This document shows, piece by piece, positions 41,358 through 49,739 of a DNA stretch of 64,000 nt; the stretch's first letter is position 1, and each line of letters begins with the position of its first letter. This DNA comes from an uncultured Bacilli bacterium (lineage in GTDB: Bacteria > Bacillota_I > Bacilli_A > RF39 > UBA660), in NCBI GenBank assembly GCA_947627805.1, contig CANQXB010000001.1:24836-88835 (forward strand), given 5' to 3'. The position numbers and the translations under genes are program-made. Under the pieces are notes generated by a model. That model did no database searches, was not told the DNA's origin, and was given only the letters and a program-made list of their open reading frames with translations.

Positions 41358-42159
41358 TTTTTGTTACCTTTTCTTTAATCAAATGATATAATATTTCTTC
41401 CATCATAATGACAGTACGTGTACAGTTAACACTTTTATGATAATAACAAAAAGTATCTGCCATATTATCTATATGATGTATATAATAATCAGCTAAGACT
41501 TGAGCTTGCTTTAAATTATACATTTTTTTGTTACGTTTTAAACATAATATATTTTGCATCACATCATTATCTTTTATTTTAATACATTCTGCATAAGGAT
41601 AGTTACTAGTATATTTCTTAATAAAATAATCAATTCTTGCTAAATGAGAAAGTTGTTTAGGGTCAAATCCATATTTATTAATATATTCCATTCTACTTGG
41701 ATAATTGTGAGTTAAAGCATGATATTTTTGATAAGCCATACCCCGCATAGCTTTTACTGCTTGATAAGGATTAACTCTTGCAATTGCTTCCCTCATAGTA
41801 ATAAAATCATTCCAATAAGGACAATATCTTGGATTAACTATTGTCCATTCAGTAAAAAATACTTCAACAAAATTAATATTACATTTTAAAACAATTTTAA
41901 GATATTCCCGCGCATCTTTTACATCACAATGTTCATTATTATTCATAATAAAAGTACGACTAATAGGCGGTTTGTTTAAAGCAAGTTCTCGCAAACTAGG
42001 CACAATTAATGCTTTAGAATCAATATCAGATTCTTCATCAGCAACTCCATAATTTTGTGAACCTTGTAAAGCTATAAAAAATAAATCTAAATCAGGTCTT
42101 TTTTCTTCAACTTCATTCCAATGTTCATATAATCTATTTTTTATTTTATCATCTTCCAT
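41335..42159 (-). CDS. Pol-beta superfamily nucleotidyltransferase (minimal NTase fold)
   Basis: LQGSQNYGVADEESDIDS = GS...D.D motif. Confidence 0.5.
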   Translation of the reverse strand: MEDDKIKNRLYEHWNEVEEKRPDLDLFFIALQGSQNYGVADEESDIDSKALIVPSLRELALNKPPISRTFIMNNNEHCDVKDAREYLKIVLKCNINFVEVFFTEWTIVNPRYCPYWNDFITMREAIARVNPYQAVKAMRGMAYQKYHALTHNYPSRMEYINKYGFDPKQLSHLARIDYFIKKYTSNYPYAECIKIKDNDVMQNILCLKRNKKMYNLKQAQVLADYYIHHIDNMADTFCYYHKSVNCTRTVIMMEEILYHLIKEKVTKNDNLFNR

Positions 42160-42177
42160 TTTTCCTCCTTTTTATAA

Positions 42178-42206
42178 ATTATAACATAAAAAAGAGTATT
42201 AGTCAA
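42178..42206 (-). promoter_or_regulatory. sigma-A-type promoter, TTGACT, 17 nt, TATAAT with TGn
   Basis: Minus-strand reading TTGACTaatactcttttttatgtTATAAT. Confidence 0.5.
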
Positions 42207-42210
42207 TAAA

Positions 42211-42240
42211 TAAAAAAAAGGAAGGATTAAATATCCTTCC
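42211..42240 (-). terminator. rho-independent terminator
   Basis: GGAAGGAT-taaat-ATCCTTCC followed by TTTTTTTT on the minus strand. Confidence 0.55.
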
Positions 42241-42412
42241 CATCTAATAGATTTTTCTTTTCATTTTCTCTATACCTTTGTTGGTCTTTTATATCTTGTC
42301 GTTTATGCTTGTTCTGTGTTTTCTCATACGCCTTTGCTGCTTTTGGTTTGTGTTTTACCTTTTGGAAAGTAGGTTCTTCATCATATTCCTCTTCCCAATA
42401 TAAATCATTCAT
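42227..42412 (-). CDS. small basic protein (hypothetical)
   Basis: 61-aa ORF. Confidence 0.3.
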   Translation of the reverse strand: MNDLYWEEEYDEEPTFQKVKHKPKAAKAYEKTQNKHKRQDIKDQQRYRENEKKNLLDGKDI

Positions 42413-42435
42413 AATTCTCCCTTATTTCTCTAATT

Positions 42436-42510
42436 TGGTGCCCCTACAGGAACTCGAATCCCGATTCTCAGATTAGAAGTCTGACGTTCTATCCATTGAA
42501 CTATAGAGGC
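42436..42510 (-). tRNA. tRNA-Arg (anticodon TCT), CCA encoded
   Basis: GCCTCTA-TA-GTTC/AATGGATA/GAAC-G-TCAGA/CTTCTAA/TCTGA-GAAT-CGGGA/TTCGAGT/TCCTG-TAGGGGC-A-CCA cloverleaf folded by hand. Confidence 0.8.
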
Positions 42511-42756
42511 TTTTTAAAAAGACTTTTCCTTTTACGAACGAAATAAGTTTTAGAAAGGATAACGGATTAATATTTCTTCTTCCTTTTTTTTTGTGTTCTT
42601 TTAACATTTAAAGGAATGCGAAAGAAAAGAATATAATCATTAACTTCTGCCACAATAAGTGTTTTCCTAAGATAAGAGCCTTTAATTATCTTAGTCGCTG
42701 ACTAGGCGCGAGGTAGGTCTATAAGACCATTAGCTACATGCTTAACCCCTAAGTCT

Positions 42757-42945
42757 TTATTTGGAAAAAATGTAAAAGTTTTTACATGTATTTCCAGAAC
42801 AAAACATAATATTAGTATCATCAAGACGAATCATAGGTCTCCCACATTTTCTACATTTAAATTGTTTTTTTCTGCGGTGACGCTCCTTTGGTTCATCAGC
42901 TAATCCTGCTTCGACAAGTGCTTTTTGCATTGCTCCTAAACTCAT
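42757..42945 (-). CDS. small zinc-ribbon protein
   Basis: CRKCGRP...CSGNTC. Confidence 0.35.
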   Translation of the reverse strand: MSLGAMQKALVEAGLADEPKERHRRKKQFKCRKCGRPMIRLDDTNIMFCSGNTCKNFYIFSK

Positions 42946-42947
42946 AT

Positions 42948-43313
42948 TTAGTCTCTCTCTTCAATCAAATATATTTGTACTTTTCGACCAATTGATTTCG
43001 CATAATCTATAGTATATTTAGTACCTCGTGATTGTCCATTCCAAAAAGCGATAATAATATCTGCGGCCTTTGCCATTTCTTCGTCTCTTACTAAAGGAGC
43101 TCTTTTACCAAACATTTTATAATTAGGCTTATAAAGTACAAATTCAATTTTATTTTTTTTAGCCCATTGTTCAGCTATACTATCAACTCCAGTTGCGCCG
43201 CCAGATAAAATCGCTGCATAATCCTGCGGTTTAAGGAATTGTGATAAATTTAGAAAAGTTATCGTTCTTGAACCTATAATCGCGGCAATTGGCTTTGTCG
43301 TAATTAATGGCAT
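42948..43313 (-). CDS. Rossmann-fold SLOG/DprA-like domain protein
   Basis: IIGSR...SGGATGVD motif. Confidence 0.45.
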   Translation of the reverse strand: MPLITTKPIAAIIGSRTITFLNLSQFLKPQDYAAILSGGATGVDSIAEQWAKKNKIEFVLYKPNYKMFGKRAPLVRDEEMAKAADIIIAFWNGQSRGTKYTIDYAKSIGRKVQIYLIEERD

Positions 43314-43418
43314 GATAATACCTGCTGTAGGTCTCTCGATACCAAATCAGAAGCAATCCTAACATTCCTAAAACAGCTCCGCCGCACGCGGCCAATAAAA
43401 TTTTCTTCACAAAATCTC

Positions 43419-43862
43419 CTAAAATATATGTTCATAACAATAACCCGCATCTGTAGTATAATATATATGCCTAATTCCTTTATCCCGCAAAGCTGCAATA
43501 CACGCTTCACAAGGTCTCGCCATTCCAAAACCCCGTTCTTTACCAGGACAACTACGATAAATATAAACCTTAACCTTAGACCAATCTATTTGTTGTGCTA
43601 TTGGATAAGGTATTTCATTCAATGCTTTCATTTCCGCATGAACGCTATCAACAATAGGCTTTTCACTTTTTTTAAATGTACGGTATCGCCTATTATATTT
43701 ACGTTGTTTTGGATGTGTTTTATTACTATTAGATGCTTCACTAATAATATGGTGTTTATAAGCAATTACACATCCAAGACTATGAGTTTTATAAGTAGAA
43801 GTATAACTTACCTGATGTGCTTTTTCAAACATTTTATAATCAAAATTAGTAAGAGTTTTCAT
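43419..43862 (-). CDS. dCMP/cytidine deaminase family protein
   Basis: VHAEMKAL and PCEAC zinc-binding motifs. Confidence 0.7.
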   Translation of the reverse strand: MKTLTNFDYKMFEKAHQVSYTSTYKTHSLGCVIAYKHHIISEASNSNKTHPKQRKYNRRYRTFKKSEKPIVDSVHAEMKALNEIPYPIAQQIDWSKVKVYIYRSCPGKERGFGMARPCEACIAALRDKGIRHIYYTTDAGYCYEHIF

Positions 43863-43899
43863 TATACTTCTTTTTCTTTTTCCAACCTTTAATAATTAA

Positions 43900-43928
43900 A
43901 TTATACTATATTTAAATATTACTGTCAA
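43900..43928 (-). promoter_or_regulatory. sigma-A-type promoter, TTGACA, 17 nt, TATAAT
   Basis: Minus-strand reading TTGACAgtaatatttaaatatagTATAAT. Confidence 0.5.
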
Positions 43929-44103
43929 TATTTTTATTCAAAAAACATCTCTTCGTAAACTTTAATTTCACATTCAGGTTCTGACATCTTCGCAATTGTT
44001 AGAAAAATAGCTGCTTCTTTACTATTAAGAAAAGGCCATTCTTCTTCTAGTTTAATATTACCCGAGATTTTGTCAATGTAACGGAACAAATACATTCTTT
44101 CTC

Positions 44104-44766
44104 CTACCACTTAAACTTATCACCTAACAATTCTTTATATTCTTTTTCAAAAGCTATCTTTGCTCTTTGAGCAGATATATCAATATGTCCATCAGGTTTT
44201 AAAATTAAATCTTGTTGAGGTCGAGCAATAACTTTTTCCCAATCTGTAAAAGGCGCTTGCAAAAAACGTCTATTATATTTTGGTAATTGCGAAAAACGGT
44301 TAGTAATATATTTAAAACTTACTAACTTAAAATTATTTATTTCAAGACACGTACTAATATAATTTGGTTTGTCAATTATATTATTATGAAGATGAGCATA
44401 TACGTTAATTTGGTCATCAAATACATTTTGAGGAATATGACTAATACAAATTTTATCATTGATATAAATAGGATATTCATATATAATATCAAAATATTGT
44501 TTAAATAATGTTATATCTGTATGTTTATCATGATTGCCAAACATAAATATTGTTTTACATTTAAAATTATTCATTAAATATAAAAATTCAGTATTCCCCC
44601 AATCACCTAAAACCCAAAGCTCATCTTCTTCATGTAATATTGTAGACCATTCAATAAAACTATTTACTAAAAATTGATCATGCATTTTAATATTTGAAAA
44701 TTGTGGGCGAGCCCATTCAATAATATTTTTATGAGAGAAATGAGGGTCACCTAAGAAAAACTTCAT
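44104..44766 (-). CDS. calcineurin-like metallophosphoesterase (paralogue 2 of 3)
   Basis: GDPHF...LGDWGN...GNHD. Confidence 0.65.
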   Translation of the reverse strand: MKFFLGDPHFSHKNIIEWARPQFSNIKMHDQFLVNSFIEWSTILHEEDELWVLGDWGNTEFLYLMNNFKCKTIFMFGNHDKHTDITLFKQYFDIIYEYPIYINDKICISHIPQNVFDDQINVYAHLHNNIIDKPNYISTCLEINNFKLVSFKYITNRFSQLPKYNRRFLQAPFTDWEKVIARPQQDLILKPDGHIDISAQRAKIAFEKEYKELLGDKFKW

Positions 44767-45572
44767 TTAAAAAACTCTTTCCATTTATATCCATAACTAC
44801 TTTGAGATTTCCCCATACAAGCACGACGAATATTGCCTCCGCCATTAGCATTTTTCCCTATTTTTAAAGCTGCTTCAGTATAGTTACTATATTCTGCAAT
44901 TATTTTACCAGTTTTTGAATCAATTTGTTGAATAATACGTTTTTTAGGTTTTTGTAAAGTTGCATAATCTTCTACTTTACACCATCTAAAATTATAAGCT
45001 GTATGTTGTATATTATTAATTGCTAATTCTATTGCAGAGCGTGTACCATGCAAAGCTGCTGCCGCTGCTTTTATAGATGGATACTGTTTAATAATTTCTA
45101 AGGTATCTTTATCCAATTGATAGATCGGAATTGATGTTGTATTAGGTTTATTGTAAACACCTCGCTTACCTATTACTTTTCTAACAACACGTCTATCGCA
45201 TCCAAAATAATTAGCGGTTTGCTGGATATTTTGTAATTCTTTATATTTGGTCCAAATAGCGTCATAATCATATTGAGTGTTTCCATCGCCACCACGAGTA
45301 GCATTATATCCATTAGAATAAGTATTTAACTTATTAATCCAAAATTGTTCTCGTTCATCAATTTCTTCTTCATTGCATACTTCTAAAGTTGTAATAAAAA
45401 AATTATCTTCTCCATATTTTTTTATTGCATCATATAATGGACGTTTTTTATTTTGACTAGAATTAATATCACTTAAATGTTTTTTATATCTAGTCTGAAC
45501 ATCTGACATAGTTTTGCCTACATATTGTTTTCCATTTATTTTATTGGTGATACAATAGATAAATCCATTCAT
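44763..45572 (-). CDS. free-standing GIY-YIG homing-endonuclease-like protein
   Basis: GFIYCITNKINGKQYVGKT...R...H GIY-YIG motif plus a C-terminal DNA-binding region. Confidence 0.7.
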   Translation of the reverse strand: MNGFIYCITNKINGKQYVGKTMSDVQTRYKKHLSDINSSQNKKRPLYDAIKKYGEDNFFITTLEVCNEEEIDEREQFWINKLNTYSNGYNATRGGDGNTQYDYDAIWTKYKELQNIQQTANYFGCDRRVVRKVIGKRGVYNKPNTTSIPIYQLDKDTLEIIKQYPSIKAAAAALHGTRSAIELAINNIQHTAYNFRWCKVEDYATLQKPKKRIIQQIDSKTGKIIAEYSNYTEAALKIGKNANGGGNIRRACMGKSQSSYGYKWKEFFK

Positions 45573-45668
45573 AATAGCACCTACTTTCTATTCATGTTTA
45601 CATGAATATATGAAAATAGTGCAACTAAAATATCTTCATTCTACCCATTTTTCTTAATTTACTATTAT

Positions 45669-45697
45669 ATTATAATATAAAATTTTAAATATGTCAA
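45669..45697 (-). promoter_or_regulatory. sigma-A-type promoter, TTGACA, 17 nt, TATAAT
   Basis: Minus-strand reading TTGACAtatttaaaattttatatTATAAT. Confidence 0.5.
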
Positions 45698-45909
45698 ATT
45701 CTCTTCCAATAGTAGCCATAAGCCTTAGAGTGAAACTTATTAATTGCGTCCGCTATGATTTGTGGGCGCCCTCCTTTGGCTTTTGCAGCTGCTATTACGT
45801 TTGGATAAATACCTGTAATCATATAAGTATTAGGATCAACCGCAGCAACTTTGCGGAAAACCCTAAGATTTACATTTTCTACTTCTGTCGGATTTTTCCA
45901 CTTCAACAT
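45694..45909 (-). CDS. hypothetical protein
   Basis: 71 aa; start overlaps the stop of the upstream gene (translational coupling). Confidence 0.4.
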   Translation of the reverse strand: MLKWKNPTEVENVNLRVFRKVAAVDPNTYMITGIYPNVIAAAKAKGGRPQIIADAINKFHSKAYGYYWKRI

Positions 45910-46226
45910 TACTTTGTCCTATAATGACTAGACCAATATGCTTTAAAATCTTTTTCATCATCAAAATGTTCTTTAGTCCATTGCCAATTCTTAGCATCAT
46001 CATAATCTACTCGACAGCTATAATCACAAATATACCAACTACAATTCATCTTTCGATAAGCACTCCCATCTGGAATATCTTGAAACTTATCGCTTCGCCG
46101 CAATTTGCGATTAAAATGTTTTTTATACCAGGAGTCTTTTGCGCATTTCACAACCGGATTATGACGATATGACCGAGACATAATTAACCTCTTTCTGTGG
46201 CGGAAGTCCGAGGTAACGCTCCCCAT
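45909..46226 (-). CDS. hypothetical basic protein
   Basis: 105 aa, preceded by a GC-rich structured leader. Confidence 0.45.
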   Translation of the reverse strand: MGSVTSDFRHRKRLIMSRSYRHNPVVKCAKDSWYKKHFNRKLRRSDKFQDIPDGSAYRKMNCSWYICDYSCRVDYDDAKNWQWTKEHFDDEKDFKAYWSSHYRTK

Positions 46227-46289
46227 ACCTTGCGGTACTCACTGCTTTCGAGGCAGGACTAGAAACTTTTCTAGTTGAACTTCCACTTA

Positions 46290-46781
46290 TTAAACAATAG
46301 AGCACAAAATACGCACTTCTCCTGGATTAGGATAATAAATGCCATTCTCTTCTACAATAAAATTAATCTTAGACATAAAATTCTCTAATGCATTATATTG
46401 CGGATAATTTCCATCCTCATCAGGCTCAACATCATAATCAGTAACCATAACTTGATCAGTTTCCGCAAGCAGATTTAACTCAATATAATCATACCAAGTA
46501 GTTTGCGCGGCACTTCGCATAGAGACAGAGAACTCACCATCTTCATCATCTTCTTTGCTATCAAAATATTTGCTAGCAATAGGTCCAAGTTCTTTAGGAA
46601 GGCGTCGCCAGCTACCTTCAAACTTTTCAAACAGCAATTCAAACAACTCATAATCTGCATTACCAGTATCTAGCCACAAAGGCTCAAACTCGCCATCTTC
46701 ATTTTTAATATAAAAAGTTACATCTTCCCAAGAACCATCCTCATTACGCTTTTCAATAAAAAATCTAGGGGTGCGGCTCAT
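46290..46781 (-). CDS. acidic hypothetical protein
   Basis: Tracked ORF 46290..46808; likely start is ATG at 46781 behind RBS AAAGGAGAG, which avoids overlapping the tRNA. Confidence 0.5.
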   Translation of the reverse strand: MSRTPRFFIEKRNEDGSWEDVTFYIKNEDGEFEPLWLDTGNADYELFELLFEKFEGSWRRLPKELGPIASKYFDSKEDDEDGEFSVSMRSAAQTTWYDYIELNLLAETDQVMVTDYDVEPDEDGNYPQYNALENFMSKINFIVEENGIYYPNPGEVRILCSIV

Positions 46782-46800
46782 AGTAACTCTCCTTTTTTGT

Positions 46801-46895
46801 TGGTACACGCGGAGGGACTTGAACCCCCATCGTGCGCTAATCTGGCGCTTATCTCGGGTATAAACCGAGCGCTCTGCCCATTGAGCTACGCGTGC
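46801..46895 (-). tRNA. atypical 95-nt tRNA with a 24-nt variable arm and apparent anticodon UAU
   Basis: GCACGCG-TA-GCTC/AATGGGCA/GAGC-G-CTCGG/TTTATAC/CCGAG, then variable arm with GCGC/GCGC stem, then GGGGG/TTCAAGT/CCCTC-CGCGTGT-A-CCA; identity uncertain. Confidence 0.6.
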
Positions 46896-46917
46896 ACTTT
46901 CCCTTTCTTACAATTAT

Positions 46918-46946
46918 ATTATAACATTAATATTTTTTGCTGTCAA
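46918..46946 (-). promoter_or_regulatory. sigma-A-type promoter, perfect TTGACA, 17 nt, TATAAT with TGn; drives the tRNA and the downstream gene
   Basis: Minus-strand reading TTGACAgcaaaaaatattaatgtTATAAT. Confidence 0.6.
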
Positions 46947-46954
46947 AATAATTT

Positions 46955-48145
46955 TTAAACTGCCTTAAAATTATAAATAGGAGTTAATTGCTCAGTTATA
47001 ACAAAACCATTACGAGTTAGGAGTTCTTCTAATGCTTTACTACTATTATATGTATTAGGAGCTTCATCTAATGTAGACTCAGTAACACAACTAGAATAAA
47101 TTCCATTCATTGATGCCTTATATGACTCTATTTGCAATAGTAGATGTGCGGCTGTACGTGACATTACACGACCAGCCCCATGCGGCAAACTATTATTCCA
47201 ATCTTCGTTCTCACACCCTTCGATAATAAGTAGTCCATCCCGCATATTTAACGGAACTAGACATCTCGCGTTTGTACAGTCGATAGCACCTTTTCGCACT
47301 ATATGATTATCTACATCAACGTAATTATGTAAACTTGTTGCAACTATAGAATAATTATAATAACCTATTAACATATTGGCCATAGCAATATGACTTACTA
47401 AAGACCAATTTGCACAAACTAACATATCATTTAAATAATCATCTAAATCATTACCTTCAATATAAGCTAAATCAGACTCTAAAGCATACTTTTCAATTTG
47501 TATTCCATGTAACATATCTAACATCTGGCTAATTAATTGTTCTTGATGCGTCTCTTTCCCATATGAAATAACAGCTTCCCGCATTGTTTTAAGTAGGTTA
47601 CCTTTACTTTTGGATTTTTCTACAGCAATTTTCTGATAAAAATTACAAACTTGTACTCCTAAATTGCGGGAACCACTATGTATAACAAGATAAACACGAC
47701 CATTGTCATCTACATCTAATTCGATATAGTGATTGCCTCCTCCAAGAGTGCCTTGAGAATTGATAATACGTTGATGATTACTAATATAATCCCAACACAT
47801 CAATTCATTATAATCAAAAGAAGAAACAGAATGATTATGAATATTTCTTCCTGTTGGAATAACAGAACGTACTTTTTTATCAAATTTATCTAAATCTGTC
47901 ATATCTTCTAAGAACCAAGGGGTTTCAAATAGCGATATGCGGCAACCAATATCAACTCCTACAGTATTAGGACAAATCTTATCACTAAATGTAGAGGTAA
48001 AACCAACACAAGACCCTTTACCCGCATGCGCATCTGGCATAATGCGGATTTTCTGGTCCACATACGCAGGACTTGCCGCAATTTCTGCAACCTGGTCTAA
48101 TAGTTTTTTGGTTTTATTTAAAGCAAAATTTTTAACATCAGTCAT
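46955..48145 (-). CDS. rtcB: RtcB RNA 3'-phosphate/2',3'-cyclic-phosphate ligase
   Basis: MPDAHAGKG, GVDIGC, GGGNHYIE and HSGSRNLG RtcB motifs; start moved to ATG 48145 behind RBS AGAAAGGGG. Confidence 0.8.
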   Translation of the reverse strand: MTDVKNFALNKTKKLLDQVAEIAASPAYVDQKIRIMPDAHAGKGSCVGFTSTFSDKICPNTVGVDIGCRISLFETPWFLEDMTDLDKFDKKVRSVIPTGRNIHNHSVSSFDYNELMCWDYISNHQRIINSQGTLGGGNHYIELDVDDNGRVYLVIHSGSRNLGVQVCNFYQKIAVEKSKSKGNLLKTMREAVISYGKETHQEQLISQMLDMLHGIQIEKYALESDLAYIEGNDLDDYLNDMLVCANWSLVSHIAMANMLIGYYNYSIVATSLHNYVDVDNHIVRKGAIDCTNARCLVPLNMRDGLLIIEGCENEDWNNSLPHGAGRVMSRTAAHLLLQIESYKASMNGIYSSCVTESTLDEAPNTYNSSKALEELLTRNGFVITEQLTPIYNFKAV

Positions 48146-48178
48146 AAAAAAAATCCCCTTTCTTAACAATATAAATAT

Positions 48179-48207
48179 ATTATATTATAATAGAAAGGGG
48201 TTGTCAA
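48179..48207 (-). promoter_or_regulatory. sigma-A-type promoter, TTGACA, 17 nt, TATAAT
   Basis: Minus-strand reading TTGACAacccctttctattataaTATAAT. Confidence 0.5.
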
Positions 48208-48229
48208 AGAAAAAATAAGCAGTTTTTTA

Positions 48230-49250
48230 GGTTAACGCCAAGACACTGCAAAACTTGGCGGATGTTAGCAGGCGGTGAGCCTATGATTCGTTTATATAAA
48301 CAGGCGGAGTACTTACTATCGACTATATGATCTTTCTCCGCGTCATATTTAACGTGTGACCAACCACGGTAAGCGTTTAATTTTTTTGACTGTTTATTTT
48401 ATTAATTATTAAATATAGATTTACAAAACTCTTAAACTGACTTTCGCCATACTCGCAAGCCCGCATAAATATTCAGCCACGTAGGAGATAAGTCTGACTC
48501 ATAAGGAGCGACCTTATAAGTTCTTACCCCGGCATCTTACCATATCTACGAGTGGATTGGTTACCACTAACTTTCACCCACCATTCAGAAATTGAATGGG
48601 ACTTTTTCCTCAAAAGCCAAATTAATTATTATTTAGTCTATTAATCTTCCTCAATTTGGGCTACTCGCTCTTTGAACTTTCCTTATAGTTAATTACTTAG
48701 CATCAACGAGGAAACTTACTTATTTGGATTCCCTAACGTACTATGAGGTTCCACCCTCATGCCTAATTAGGGTTCAAAGGTGCGCTGCACCCGCCTATTA
48801 CGCAAGCGGAAAGATAAAGCCTTTTTATACGAAACTCTTTTGAGCGCCATTCTCTTTTGTTGGAAGTTTCTTCCTTCTGCGACTTGGTTACCTGCTGCCG
48901 CAATGTCCGCCCACGATAAAAGTATCCTTTTATCGGACAGGCACTTAAGGGATGCCCCTGACCGCATGGTATTGCGCATGCACAAGGTTGTAAAGAGTTT
49001 TGTAAATCTATATTCAATTTTCAATTTACATTTTAGGTACCTTATTTTGTAAGGCACCTAATGTGGGGCATCTATTTTGTAGACGCCCCACGTAAATGAC
49101 TTAACATTAAGTCATATAAACTACTGCCCTATGATGTAGTTTACACCCAGCAACCCTCCGCTGCCCTGATAACCCTTCCCAGTAACCGATTGATTTGCAG
49201 AACGCAGGCTCAATCACATAGAACAGATCGTATGTTTAGTTTAAAGCCTT
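48230..49250 (-). ncRNA. candidate large structured non-coding RNA (about 1 kb), unclassified
   Basis: No ORF over about 95 aa on either strand; local GC far above the genome background; 12 or more strong hairpins (for example CCGATAAAAG-tatc-CTTTTATCGG, GTGGGGC...GCCCCAC, ATGACTTAA-cat-TTAAGTCAT, CCATTCA-gaaatt-GAATGG); two tandem consensus promoters directly upstream. Confidence 0.4.
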
Positions 49251-49257
49251 GATTTAT

Positions 49258-49286
49258 ATTATATCATTTTTTTATTTTATTGTCAA
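49258..49286 (-). promoter_or_regulatory. sigma-A-type promoter, TTGACA, 17 nt, TATAAT
   Basis: Minus-strand reading TTGACAataaaataaaaaaatgaTATAAT, facing the structured region. Confidence 0.5.
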
Positions 49287-49320
49287 AAGTTTTTTATTTT
49301 TCCTTTCTCTCTCCTTTTAT

Positions 49321-49349
49321 ATTATAACATATATTTTTCTATCTGTCTA
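49321..49349 (-). promoter_or_regulatory. sigma-A-type promoter, TAGACA, 17 nt, TATAAT with TGn
   Basis: Minus-strand reading TAGACAgatagaaaaatatatgtTATAAT. Confidence 0.5.
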
Positions 49350-49379
49350 GTAAAATTTTTAACTGTTTCTGGTCGCGAA

Positions 49380-49620
49380 GCCTAGGTGCTGCTCCTAGTT
49401 ACCCCAGCTTATGAGACTGGGTCAGATACTGACCTGCCGCCCGCATTTTGGTTGCTCCCGGTGGTTACGCTCCACCCGCACAATACTTATGAGGCATTGC
49501 TAGACACTAGTCAAGAGAGCAATGCATGTATCTTTACTCTTGAGTTCCTTACGCCAAGCTTGCGCCCAGCCGCGGACTCGAACCACGTCAAGCATCATTA
49601 ACATATTACTTTTACGTCTA
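49380..49620 (-). ncRNA. candidate structured ncRNA (about 240 nt) ending in a tRNA-like T-arm and acceptor 3' strand
   Basis: GC-rich hairpins (CCCAGC-ttatgaga-CTGGG, GGTCAG-atac-TGACC, GCATTGCT...AGCAATGC); 3' part CGTGG-TTCGAGT-CCGCG-GCTGGGC-G is a perfect T-arm plus acceptor 3' strand with no matching 5' acceptor strand; own promoter at 49740-49768. Confidence 0.45.
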
Positions 49621-49739
49621 AAAGTAAATTATAGTTAATTACTTTTGTAAAGATACATCTTTTCTACTTATAATAAGTAGAAAGTCTAATAAGAGATTCA
49701 CAACCCGTCGGCTTTTGTTATCTCCTTTCGATATTTATA

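Noticed and set aside
42511-42756. Possible additional tRNA or ncRNA upstream of tRNA-Arg (GGTCTATAAGACC and TAAGATA...TATCTTA hairpins)
   Set aside because: No T-loop or cloverleaf could be folded. It probably holds only local hairpins and a promoter or terminator for the tRNA. Not reported as a feature.
48184-48207. Alternative -10 (TATAAT with a 12-nt spacer) for the rtcB promoter
   Set aside because: The spacer is too short for sigma-70-type recognition. The overlapping TATAAT with a 17-nt spacer was used instead.
48230-49250. RNase P RNA, group II intron or rRNA fragment identity for the 1-kb structured region
   Set aside because: No P4-type AGGAAAGUCCGGGCUC core was found, no domain V GAGCCGUAUG...ACGGUUC consensus, and no recognisable rRNA signature strings. 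The region is left unclassified.
49560-49600. tmRNA 3' end or ordinary tRNA gene for the T-arm/acceptor module
   Set aside because: No complementary 5' acceptor strand (GCCCAGC) or D and anticodon arms were found within 400 nt on that strand, and there is no resume-codon/tag ORF context. It is kept only as a tRNA-like module of a larger RNA.
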